A model generated the notes under the pieces. It did not search any database. It saw only the letters and a program-made list of their open reading frames with translations, and had not been told where the DNA came from. Of a stretch of 64,000 nucleotides of DNA, positions 42,252 to 50,538 are shown piece by piece. How positions within the stretch are numbered: the first letter of the stretch is position 1; each line of letters starts with the position of its first letter. A program made the position numbers and the translations under genes. The stretch is from Escherichia phage mio. The stretch lies in sequence record MN850631.1, one strand, 5' to 3'.

Positions 42252-42466
42252 CTGTAGAAGATAAATTTAAGAACGCAGTTCTTACAGAAGATGGTGAGCT
42301 TGAAACATTCATTCTTCGTGTTGATGGTAAGCTATTCCGGTGTCGTTGTGGGTCAAACTGTTTTCATAAACCAGATAAAAATGATTTAGAGCTTTACGCA
42401 TGTAATGCTTGCAATACTTGGTATCACTCAGAGGTGAAAAATGACAACACTATACAAACAAAATAA
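42248..42466 (+). CDS. small zinc-finger protein (72 aa)
   Basis: CRCGSNC...CNACN four-cysteine motif. Confidence 0.5.
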   Translation: MTVEDKFKNAVLTEDGELETFILRVDGKLFRCRCGSNCFHKPDKNDLELYACNACNTWYHSEVKNDNTIQTK

Positions 42467-43541
42467 AGATGGCTCTTTCAACGTCTGGTCATGTGTTGCT
42501 GTAGGTGACAAAGTTATTACAACCTACGGTAAAGAAAATGGCAAGATGATGTTTGAAGAGTATACAGCAGAACCTAAAAACATCGGTAAAAAGAATGAGC
42601 GTAACGCTGAACAGCAAGCTCTCTTTGAAGTTGCTGCTAAGTATAAAAAGCAAGTCGACCGTAAGGGTTACGCTTACACAAAAGAGTCTGCACAGAATAC
42701 TGAGAAGGTAGGTGTACAGCTTGCTCATGATGCTGCAAAGGTTAGCCATGCAAAGTATCTGAAGTTCCCTGCTGATGCTCAACCAAAACTTGATGGTGTC
42801 CGTTGTAGAATTTCAAGAGATGCTGATTCAGTCAGTTTCACAGCTTATTCTCGTGAGAATACTGTTTACAACGTTCCAACAGAACTAATCCCAGATTTGC
42901 TTTTGTTGCTTAAATTACATCCACAAGTTGAAGACTTTGACGGAGAGATTTATGCTCATGGTTGGGACTTAGAAGATATTGTATCTATGATTAAGAATGC
43001 TGACAATCCAGACCGTCACCTTCTTAAATTCTACTGGTATGATATCTGTGACAATTCAAAATCTTGGCCTGAGCGTCGTGAAGTTATTGATAACTCACCT
43101 ATTGTCGAGCTTGGTGATACCTGTAGGGTGGTTCCTGTACAGACTATCCGTGTTAACTCTTGGGGAGAGTTTGATGAAGCTCATGATAAGTGGGTTGAAG
43201 CTAAGTTTGAAGGTGCAATGTACCGCTCAATCTCTGAAGAATCTTTCTACGAGTGTGGTCACCGTTCATACTTCTTGATTAAGCACAAGAAGATGCACAC
43301 TGAAGAGTTTAAAGTAACTGGTGTAAAGACTGATAAACGTGGTCATGGTAAGTTCGTCGTAGAGACTCTTCCTAACGTCTTTGTAGATGTCTCATGGAAG
43401 ACTACTCATGAGAAGAAACAGTATCTTGCTGAACACCCTGAAGAGTTTATCGGTAAACCTTTAACGGTTCAGTTCCAGAAGATGACTCGCAAGGGGTCTT
43501 TACAGTTCCCTGTCGGGCTAGTTATTAGGGATTATGAGTAA
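42441..43541 (+). CDS. ATP-dependent DNA ligase
   Basis: Adenylation motif KLDGVRC (KxDG) with downstream nucleotidyltransferase-like region; 366 aa. Confidence 0.8.
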   Translation: MTTLYKQNKDGSFNVWSCVAVGDKVITTYGKENGKMMFEEYTAEPKNIGKKNERNAEQQALFEVAAKYKKQVDRKGYAYTKESAQNTEKVGVQLAHDAAKVSHAKYLKFPADAQPKLDGVRCRISRDADSVSFTAYSRENTVYNVPTELIPDLLLLLKLHPQVEDFDGEIYAHGWDLEDIVSMIKNADNPDRHLLKFYWYDICDNSKSWPERREVIDNSPIVELGDTCRVVPVQTIRVNSWGEFDEAHDKWVEAKFEGAMYRSISEESFYECGHRSYFLIKHKKMHTEEFKVTGVKTDKRGHGKFVVETLPNVFVDVSWKTTHEKKQYLAEHPEEFIGKPLTVQFQKMTRKGSLQFPVGLVIRDYE

Positions 43542-43544
43542 ACT

Positions 43545-43691
43545 ATGTTAAGTACAACCATTCTGTTTGCATTAGTTGTCTTTGTGTTGTCTTACATCAC
43601 AAGTAAACTTTTGAACACATCCTTTGCAATGGGTGTTTTGTTCACAATCTTTTGTTTTGTAACACATATAGCTATCAGGACTTTTATATAA
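43545..43691 (+). CDS. small hydrophobic membrane protein (48 aa), not in ORF track
   Basis: Hand translation MLSTTILFALVVFVLSYITSKLLNTSFAMGVLFTIFCFVTHIAIRTFI; two hydrophobic segments. Confidence 0.35.
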   Translation: MLSTTILFALVVFVLSYITSKLLNTSFAMGVLFTIFCFVTHIAIRTFI

Positions 43692-43698
43692 AAAGTTG

Positions 43699-43726
43699 TT
43701 GACATAGAAAATTTGGTGAGTATACT
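43699..43726 (+). promoter_or_regulatory. sigma70-like promoter
   Basis: TTGACA (43699-43704), 16 nt spacer, TATACT (43721-43726). Confidence 0.4.
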
Positions 43727-43974
43727 GAGCAGCATAAACCAACGGATACTCACCAGCATCACTTAAGAGGCTTCTAAGAGGGTTTTTAAGTAATGTATCG
43801 CACAGTAAGGTGATGTGAAGTCTGGCCTTGCATGGTGTAGTCTGGTATGGAAGGATGGCAGTAGCCTTATAAAAAATCTGCCAAATAAGCTATAAAATCT
43901 GTTGACAAGTCAGGTGTTATAGCTTATTTTTATACTCAATGTAATACAAAATTTAATATAACTTTGAGGTCATT

Positions 43975-44358
43975 ATGAAAAAGATTTTATTAGCTACTGC
44001 AATGGTTATGGCAATGAACTTACCAGTCAATGCAACAGAACTCCCAAATGTGGACTTATCAGGTGTTCCAGAAGACACTTGCCAGATTGTGAAAGGTGTT
44101 GCTTTATCTAATGGTGAGTTACTTAAACCAATCTCTGAAGAGTCTTTGACAGAGATGACTGATAAGGTGACTGACTACCAGTATCGTGTTCTTGCAGAGT
44201 ATTTCCTACAATCTGCAAATATTAAAGAGAAACACCATGATGATATTGATGTACAGGCTATGCTCAATCATCGTATCCAGTTTAAAGAAGATTTGATGCA
44301 AAAAGCTATGTATGGTGTTGAGTATTTCTTAGAAAACAGAAGCTGCACAGGTATTTGA
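43975..44358 (+). CDS. secreted protein (127 aa) with signal peptide
   Basis: MKKILLATAMVMAMNLPVNA signal; GAGG RBS. Confidence 0.55.
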   Translation: MKKILLATAMVMAMNLPVNATELPNVDLSGVPEDTCQIVKGVALSNGELLKPISEESLTEMTDKVTDYQYRVLAEYFLQSANIKEKHHDDIDVQAMLNHRIQFKEDLMQKAMYGVEYFLENRSCTGI

Positions 44359-44359
44359 T

Positions 44360-44572
44360 ATGGCTCTTAAAAAGTTACATCCCAGAAGCGGTTATGGTAA
44401 GATAATTGACGATACAGACGGCTTTACAGTCTTTACAGTTATCTGTCAAGATGATTCACAGATTGAAAAGGCTCTTGATGATTATCTTAATGATGAACGT
44501 GAAAAGGTTAGAGCTACAAACATAGACTCATTGATTGATACTCCACGCAAACGGAAGAAGAAAGATGAATGA
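44360..44572 (+). CDS. hypothetical protein (70 aa)
   Basis: ATG 44360; basic C-terminus. Confidence 0.5.
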   Translation: MALKKLHPRSGYGKIIDDTDGFTVFTVICQDDSQIEKALDDYLNDEREKVRATNIDSLIDTPRKRKKKDE

Positions 44573-44864
44573 GGTTTTTGACCCTTATGCTCCACAAGAT
44601 GATTGGGAGGCTGACAGAGAGGCTGAAATGGAGAGTTATATTTGTCCAATGGATGTAGACGAAATGAGAGACTTCGTTTCACATCGTTTTAAGAGAGAGA
44701 TTAAAACCAGAGGTCTTTCTCAAGAACAAGTTGCTAAAATTTGTGGTATCTCTCAGGCTCGTGTATCTAACATAATCCACCTCACTGGTAATGTCTCTCT
44801 TGAGTATATGTTGGAAGTATGCGAAAAATTTGGTGTTAATTTTAATTTAAGGCTGGCAGATTAA
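44565..44864 (+). CDS. putative helix-turn-helix DNA-binding protein; start set to ATG 44565 (alternative 44535)
   Basis: LSQEQVAKICGISQARVSNIIH resembles XRE-type HTH. Confidence 0.5.
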   Translation: MNEVFDPYAPQDDWEADREAEMESYICPMDVDEMRDFVSHRFKREIKTRGLSQEQVAKICGISQARVSNIIHLTGNVSLEYMLEVCEKFGVNFNLRLAD

Positions 44865-44865
44865 T

Positions 44866-45225
44866 ATGAAACGTGAAAACATTATCCACTCTGAAAACTT
44901 TGCATTAGGCTTTTATGGTGTACCTACTCACCTTGAAAAGTATTATGGTGTGAAGATTCTTTCCAATCTCATTATGGCTTACAAAGATGGTAAGATTAAG
45001 CATACTGAGAAGAAACGTGTCATGGGCTATATGGCTGTAGGCTCAGCAATCTCGAACATCAAGCTGGAAACAACTAGTAGCCAGAGTGTGAAAGACCACT
45101 TCATCAAAGAGCTTTACCATAACCTTGATGGTGTAGATGTTCAGGCTGTTTGGTTGGATGTTGATGGTCACAACTACACAAGCTTTGTTTTCAAAAACGA
45201 TGACATTAAGTGCTTGTTCCCATAA
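44866..45225 (+). CDS. hypothetical protein (119 aa)
   Basis: ATG 44866. Confidence 0.5.
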   Translation: MKRENIIHSENFALGFYGVPTHLEKYYGVKILSNLIMAYKDGKIKHTEKKRVMGYMAVGSAISNIKLETTSSQSVKDHFIKELYHNLDGVDVQAVWLDVDGHNYTSFVFKNDDIKCLFP

Positions 45226-45238
45226 TAGGTGATTAACT

Positions 45239-45754
45239 ATGATTGATGTCTACTTACAAGATGCTCATGCAGATTTCCTTAAAGAGATGCTTAAAAAGTT
45301 TATGGCTTCACAGTATGAAAATGAAGCATCTTTTAAAATAGTTACGTGTGGTGATGAAGCTGGTTTTGTTGAGATTGAGCATGAAGGTACTGGAAAAACT
45401 GTTTGTAAGTTACCTGATAGTATGTTCTCTAAAACGTTCTTAACAAAGACTAGTATAAATGTTAAGCTTGTACCACAGATTGAAACATACTCTGGTACAG
45501 ATTACCCTAAAGGTTTCAAGTCACTGATGAAGTACTTCTTAGATGACTTTGTGAGTAATCTTCTGAGGGAGGTAAAAGAAAGTCGTACAGTGTTAACTGT
45601 AGAGAACATGGGAGGAACTATCAGGGTCACTTCTGACTGTTTTGTTATGAGCCTCTTCGACTTCGTTCCTAAGAACTTTGATGGTATTCTGGATGAAGAA
45701 GATGACTGTGTAGACTTTATATTGGTTCTTGAGCCAGTTTTTGAGGTTAAATAA
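45239..45754 (+). CDS. hypothetical protein (171 aa)
   Basis: ATG 45239. Confidence 0.5.
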   Translation: MIDVYLQDAHADFLKEMLKKFMASQYENEASFKIVTCGDEAGFVEIEHEGTGKTVCKLPDSMFSKTFLTKTSINVKLVPQIETYSGTDYPKGFKSLMKYFLDDFVSNLLREVKESRTVLTVENMGGTIRVTSDCFVMSLFDFVPKNFDGILDEEDDCVDFILVLEPVFEVK

Positions 45755-46015
45755 ATGAAAATTGAACACTGCTATGAGTCTGATGGAACACCTATCCGTT
45801 GTCCACATTGTGGGTGTACAGACTTACAAGGTGAGGTAAGTGAAATAGTCAACGGTCATATTGCTGAAGAAAGTACCCGATGCACAGGGTGTAATGAAAT
45901 TATCGCTTTCTGGGCTTATGGTTCATACCAACCCTCTCCACATTTTATCTACCATCGTAGTAAAGTTGTGAAGAGTGTCATCAACTGGTTCATTAAGAAA
46001 GGGTTTACAAAATGA
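45755..46015 (+). CDS. small zinc-ribbon protein (86 aa)
   Basis: CPHCGC...CTGCN motifs. Confidence 0.5.
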   Translation: MKIEHCYESDGTPIRCPHCGCTDLQGEVSEIVNGHIAEESTRCTGCNEIIAFWAYGSYQPSPHFIYHRSKVVKSVINWFIKKGFTK

Positions 46016-46557
46016 TTAAGCTAATATTTGCAAGTGGTGAAAATGGTGAATTTGGTACACCGACTGGTATGCCGTGGCCTCGACATAAACAGGACATGCA
46101 AGAGTTTAAGAGACTCACTAAAGATAACTTAGTAGTAATGGGTAATGAGACTTTTAAGACTCTGGGGAGTAAACCTTTACCAGAACGTGCAAACCTAATC
46201 TTAACAAATTCTGTACCATATTTAGGTATAGACTTTGGCAAAGATGATGTAATGTATGCTAAGGCCAGTAAAGAATCCTTTGGAGCATTTTTGAAATATC
46301 TTGATAGCTCTATTGATGAAGATGTCTTTGTAATTGGTGGTGCAGGTGTTCTTGTCAATGCTTTGCCGTATGCTGGTGTAGTTTTCCATACAGTTTTCCA
46401 TAAAGTTACTGAAGAGGCCACTGTGCATTTACCTTTTGAAAACTTCTTCGATAAACTGTATGATAGCCGTGTATTTGCAAAGGTGCAGTCAAGACCCTCC
46501 GATGATGGTAAAGCAACCTTTGAGATTTATGTTCCACAAGTAAAAGGACACTTTTGA
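46012..46557 (+). CDS. frd: dihydrofolate reductase
   Basis: N-terminus IKLIFASGENGEFGTPTGMPW and ...VVMGNETFKTLG...LILT; immediately upstream of thymidylate synthase. Confidence 0.85.
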   Translation: MIKLIFASGENGEFGTPTGMPWPRHKQDMQEFKRLTKDNLVVMGNETFKTLGSKPLPERANLILTNSVPYLGIDFGKDDVMYAKASKESFGAFLKYLDSSIDEDVFVIGGAGVLVNALPYAGVVFHTVFHKVTEEATVHLPFENFFDKLYDSRVFAKVQSRPSDDGKATFEIYVPQVKGHF

Positions 46558-46558
46558 T

Positions 46559-47458
46559 ATGTCACAAGCTGATTTGAGTTACAAAAATATCCTGAACCAT
46601 GTTTTATCCGTTGGTGAACTGCGTACTACACGAACTGGAGATGTTATCTCTGCTTTTGCTCCACCTCAGTTTCGTTTTGATATGCGAACTGGTTTCCCAC
46701 TCTTAACATCTAAACAGGTGTTTACACGGCAAGTTATTGGGGAAGCTTTATGGTTCCTGAATGGTGAGAATAAACTTGGTGAACTCCGTTACCGTACTTG
46801 GGATGAAAATGACGGAGAACGCTGGACTATCTGGTCAGATGATTTTAAACGCTGGTTAAGCTCTAATTATTCTTCTGAACAAGACTGGTTAGATGACGCA
46901 GGTGGGAGAATCTACGGGGTTCAGTGGAGAAACTTTGAAGGTCATAATGGTTGTGTTGTAGACCAGTTAGAGACCTTAGTAACGAAGATGAAGGGTGATA
47001 TTACAGACCGCTACATGCTTGTTAATGCTTGGAATGCAGCAGATATTGCATCCAACTCGATGGCTTTAGCACCTTGTCATGTTCTGTTTCAGATTTATAT
47101 CACTAACGAAGGTGAAGTTGACTTACAATGGTATCAGCGTTCTGTGGACACCTTTTTAGGACTTCCGTTTAACATTGCATCCTATGGTTTTATTCTGGAA
47201 GTTCTTTGCAAGATGACTGGATACACTCCACGATATTTGATAGGTGTCTTTGGAGATACTCAGATTTATCAGAACCATATGAAGCAGGTTTATGAACTGA
47301 TGAATAATGAAGAGTTTCATGCACCTACTTTTGAGATTGGTGTACCACTTAACACCCTCAGTGATTTAAAGCATCTTACTGCAAGTGATTTTGTTGGTGG
47401 CATTAACAACTACCAACATGCAGGGAAGATTGAAGCACCTTTGTCAGTAGGTAAGTAA
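46559..47458 (+). CDS. thyA: thymidylate synthase
   Basis: Active-site region ALAPCHVLFQ and overall ThyA-like sequence. Confidence 0.9.
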   Translation: MSQADLSYKNILNHVLSVGELRTTRTGDVISAFAPPQFRFDMRTGFPLLTSKQVFTRQVIGEALWFLNGENKLGELRYRTWDENDGERWTIWSDDFKRWLSSNYSSEQDWLDDAGGRIYGVQWRNFEGHNGCVVDQLETLVTKMKGDITDRYMLVNAWNAADIASNSMALAPCHVLFQIYITNEGEVDLQWYQRSVDTFLGLPFNIASYGFILEVLCKMTGYTPRYLIGVFGDTQIYQNHMKQVYELMNNEEFHAPTFEIGVPLNTLSDLKHLTASDFVGGINNYQHAGKIEAPLSVGK

Positions 47459-47462
47459 AAAC

Positions 47463-47505
47463 AAAAAAAGGCTCCTTTTTACGGGAGCCTTAAAATTTTA
47501 TTTTT
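47463..47505. terminator. putative bidirectional intrinsic terminator between convergent thyA and tail operon
   Basis: AGGCTCC-N8-GGAGCCT hairpin flanked by an A-run upstream and T-rich run downstream. Confidence 0.5.
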
Positions 47506-47869
47506 CAGTATTCTTTGTGTTCTTCTCAGTAATAGCTTGGAGGGCTGATACTGATTGAGCCAGATTGTTCACACTGTCAGAGAATTTATCAAGAGTTTTC
47601 GTCAGTTTTGCATTCTCACCCTTAACATTCTCTAACTGAACTTTCTGGTTCTCCATCCCTAACTGAATAAGTCTCATGTCAGACTGTAAATCACGAATAG
47701 CTGAATAGTTACTACTTGTGTAATTATCTAGCTGCTGTAACTTTGTTTTGACAGACACTTCTTGCTTACCACTTGAAACTTGCATAGTGGTATACATCCC
47801 AATAACACTAAAAATACCAACAACAATTGCACCAATATTATTTTTAAAAGCTTCCTCTAGCCACTTCAT
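47498..47869 (-). CDS. membrane-anchored coiled-coil protein (123 aa)
   Basis: N-terminal hydrophobic helix IGAIVVGIFSVIGMY followed by heptad-like region. Confidence 0.5.
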   Translation of the reverse strand: MKWLEEAFKNNIGAIVVGIFSVIGMYTTMQVSSGKQEVSVKTKLQQLDNYTSSNYSAIRDLQSDMRLIQLGMENQKVQLENVKGENAKLTKTLDKFSDSVNNLAQSVSALQAITEKNTKNTEK

Positions 47870-48064
47870 TTATTTCTCCCCCTTAAAAGCTTTTTCTAAG
47901 TTATCTACGAACTCATCATCAATAGGTGTGTCTGTCTTACCCGCAAGGTATCTTGCAAGCTTAAAGAACACTTTCTCAATCATGTATTCACTCAGAAGGG
48001 ATAAAATGAGTTTCCAGAAGAAGCTACCTAGATTTTTTAGAAGAATTGCTAGGATTGTAGGCAT
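47870..48064 (-). CDS. small membrane protein (64 aa), holin-like size
   Basis: One hydrophobic segment ILAILLKNLGSFFWKLILSLL and charged C-terminus. Confidence 0.4.
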   Translation of the reverse strand: MPTILAILLKNLGSFFWKLILSLLSEYMIEKVFFKLARYLAGKTDTPIDDEFVDNLEKAFKGEK

Positions 48065-48143
48065 TTAATCACCTCATCAGCCAAGATGGTGAGAATACCC
48101 ATAGAGAATATTAACACCATCTTAACAATCAGTCAACAAGGGA

Positions 48144-50492
48144 TTAAGCAGTTCTCACCCAAGCCATTAACTTATAGAACTGGTTAGTTACACTAAATGC
48201 TGAACCAGAACCTGTACTTCCAGTGTTACCACTCACTGTATGGCTGTGAGCACCAATACCAACACTGTGAGCATGGTTACCATTTGATGCAGCAGTACCA
48301 CTTACTGAGTGTGAGTGATTCCCAGCACTACCCGTTTGTACGGTATTCCTGTTACCATCAGAATCCCAATCACCCCTTGTACCACTTGGTTGCGCACCAG
48401 TAGTATAACCATGTGTATGGGCACCTGTTGTGTTCGTTGAACCACTCACTGAGTGGGTGTGAGCACCAGTAGTGTTAGTGGTTTTTGTTCCGTAGTCAAA
48501 AGATGAAGTAGTAGCAGAAAAACTGTGTGTGTGTGATGGTAAGTTACCAACAGCTAACGTCACAGAATCTGAACCACCAGTTGTAGCAACATCTGAACCA
48601 TTTGCTGCTGCAATTCTGATAGTTCTACCAACACCATTATTCAGGTACGTCCAAGTTAGACCAGGCAGTGCTGTATTAGGGTTAACATTACTGTTAAACC
48701 ACGTTACAATACCTACTGGATAGATTTTATTAAGGTCTGTAGAGTCACTTACTGCCTGTGCAATCTTCTGGTCAGTCTCAGTTTTAGTGTATGCACCGAT
48801 GTCTGAAGGGGATGGTTTATCTTGGTCTGTATAGATTTTAGCCCAAGTATTCTCAAATCCATACCCATCTCTCGCTGACCTATACCAAAAACCACCATTC
48901 CTATAGTTAAATTTTAATTGAGCAGATGGTGTAGAGCTACCACCCTGATACATATGGTAGACTAGTTGTGTTGAACCACCAGATTCCCCTGTAACATTAT
49001 ACAGACCAGTTCTAGCAGTCCAAGCGATACCATCACCATCACCTACCTCTGTACCAGTGCCAGAAGAGTAAGCAAACATATACCTAGAGTTTGCGTCAGA
49101 TTTCGTATAATATCTAGCATCTAAGTTAGACCAATCTGAAGGTTGAACCTGTCCAGTGATTGCTAAAGTTGCATTCATTTCAAATGCTGAACCGATGGTA
49201 AGACCTTTACCTGTTTTGTAGTTAAACAGCCTTAAGTTGTTATTGTTATCAGCATCACCATTACCAACATACCACTTAGCTGTCCCATCAGCAGATAACC
49301 CTCTAATGAACAATGTCGTTGCAGTTTTTGCTTTTAACGCAAGAGCTTCACCATCAGAGTTGATAACTTGTCGTACAGAAAATGTATTGACAACATTAGT
49401 TCTTGCAATCGTACTTAATGTTGCTGCCGGAATATATCTAGAGTCAATGTTAGTCCAATCTGAAGGTTGAACTTGACCAGTTACAGTTAGTGTTTTATTG
49501 ATATTAACACTTGTCCCTACAGTAATTTTGCCACCAGTTTTGTAGTTTTCTAGAGCTACGTTATCACCTTCATTACTATTACCAATGTACCATCTGTTGA
49601 CACCTGCGCTATCAATCGCTTTAATGTACAATGGCTGTGCAGCATTGGCATTCTGTAGCCTAATTGCCTCACCATCTTTTTTGAAAATACTTAGTTGGTT
49701 AAACGTGTTAGTGCCAGTGAAATTATTATTAGCAGCTAACTGTGCAAATCTCTGATTAGCTACTGTCTGAGTAAAGTATCTAGCATCTAAGTTGGAGAAG
49801 TCAGAAGGTTGAACTTGACCAGTAATAGCAAGGGTTTTATTAATAGCAACACTTGTGCCTAGAGTAATGGTTGAACCTTGTTCACTCTCAATTTGAACAT
49901 CTCGGCTGCCTTTAATTAGGTTCCCGATAGCCCAAACTTTTTCACTACTAGCATCCCTAGCTACAACAGCAGTGTATGCCTCACTAGCACTTGCAGGGTT
50001 TCTTAGTGTTAGAATCTCCCCATTTGCTGTAATAGTCTGCTTGACGTTAAACGTGTTTGAGTTAGCCAACCTTGCATACCTTGCATCATTCTCTTCATTA
50101 GTTCTCATCCCAAGTTCATTAGGGCTTGGCTTATTCAAAGTATGGTAAACAGTTGCTGACCTTGAAGCATCTGCAATAGTTAGTTTAAGGCCATTTGCGT
50201 TGATTTTAAAAGCCTTTAAAACATCCCCCATAGTAATCTCAGAAGAGCCTGTAGGGTCAAACACTGCCTTACCACCATAAAGTAACTTGACAATTCCTAA
50301 GTCACCAGTCATAGTGCTGCCAGCAATCTGAACAAATCTTTCAAGCTTAAAAGATGCTAAGAAGTCTTGATAGGTCATTCGACGGTCTTCATCACCCAGC
50401 ATTTCAGGTCTCTTTTTAACTCTGACATGGAGAAGGTCGTCTGAACGAATTGTGTCGATTGAGTTTAACTGACTCAATTTGTAATCTGCCAT
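48144..50492 (-). CDS. tail fiber protein with three internal repeat domains and HxH-rich C-terminal tip
   Basis: 782 aa; repeated TGQVQPSDW/F.N.D.RY units; C-terminal TNTTGAHTHSVSGS...GNHSHSVSGTAASNGNHAH. Confidence 0.7.
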   Translation of the reverse strand: MADYKLSQLNSIDTIRSDDLLHVRVKKRPEMLGDEDRRMTYQDFLASFKLERFVQIAGSTMTGDLGIVKLLYGGKAVFDPTGSSEITMGDVLKAFKINANGLKLTIADASRSATVYHTLNKPSPNELGMRTNEENDARYARLANSNTFNVKQTITANGEILTLRNPASASEAYTAVVARDASSEKVWAIGNLIKGSRDVQIESEQGSTITLGTSVAINKTLAITGQVQPSDFSNLDARYFTQTVANQRFAQLAANNNFTGTNTFNQLSIFKKDGEAIRLQNANAAQPLYIKAIDSAGVNRWYIGNSNEGDNVALENYKTGGKITVGTSVNINKTLTVTGQVQPSDWTNIDSRYIPAATLSTIARTNVVNTFSVRQVINSDGEALALKAKTATTLFIRGLSADGTAKWYVGNGDADNNNNLRLFNYKTGKGLTIGSAFEMNATLAITGQVQPSDWSNLDARYYTKSDANSRYMFAYSSGTGTEVGDGDGIAWTARTGLYNVTGESGGSTQLVYHMYQGGSSTPSAQLKFNYRNGGFWYRSARDGYGFENTWAKIYTDQDKPSPSDIGAYTKTETDQKIAQAVSDSTDLNKIYPVGIVTWFNSNVNPNTALPGLTWTYLNNGVGRTIRIAAANGSDVATTGGSDSVTLAVGNLPSHTHSFSATTSSFDYGTKTTNTTGAHTHSVSGSTNTTGAHTHGYTTGAQPSGTRGDWDSDGNRNTVQTGSAGNHSHSVSGTAASNGNHAHSVGIGAHSHTVSGNTGSTGSGSAFSVTNQFYKLMAWVRTA

Positions 50493-50507
50493 TATAAGTT
50501 TTCCTCT

Positions 50508-50528
50508 TAAAAGGGGCTATAAAGCCCC
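50508..50528 (-). terminator. putative intrinsic terminator between the two fiber genes
   Basis: GGGGCT-ATAA-AGCCCC hairpin with T-run on the minus strand. Confidence 0.4.
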
Positions 50529-50538
50529 TGTAAAGAAA

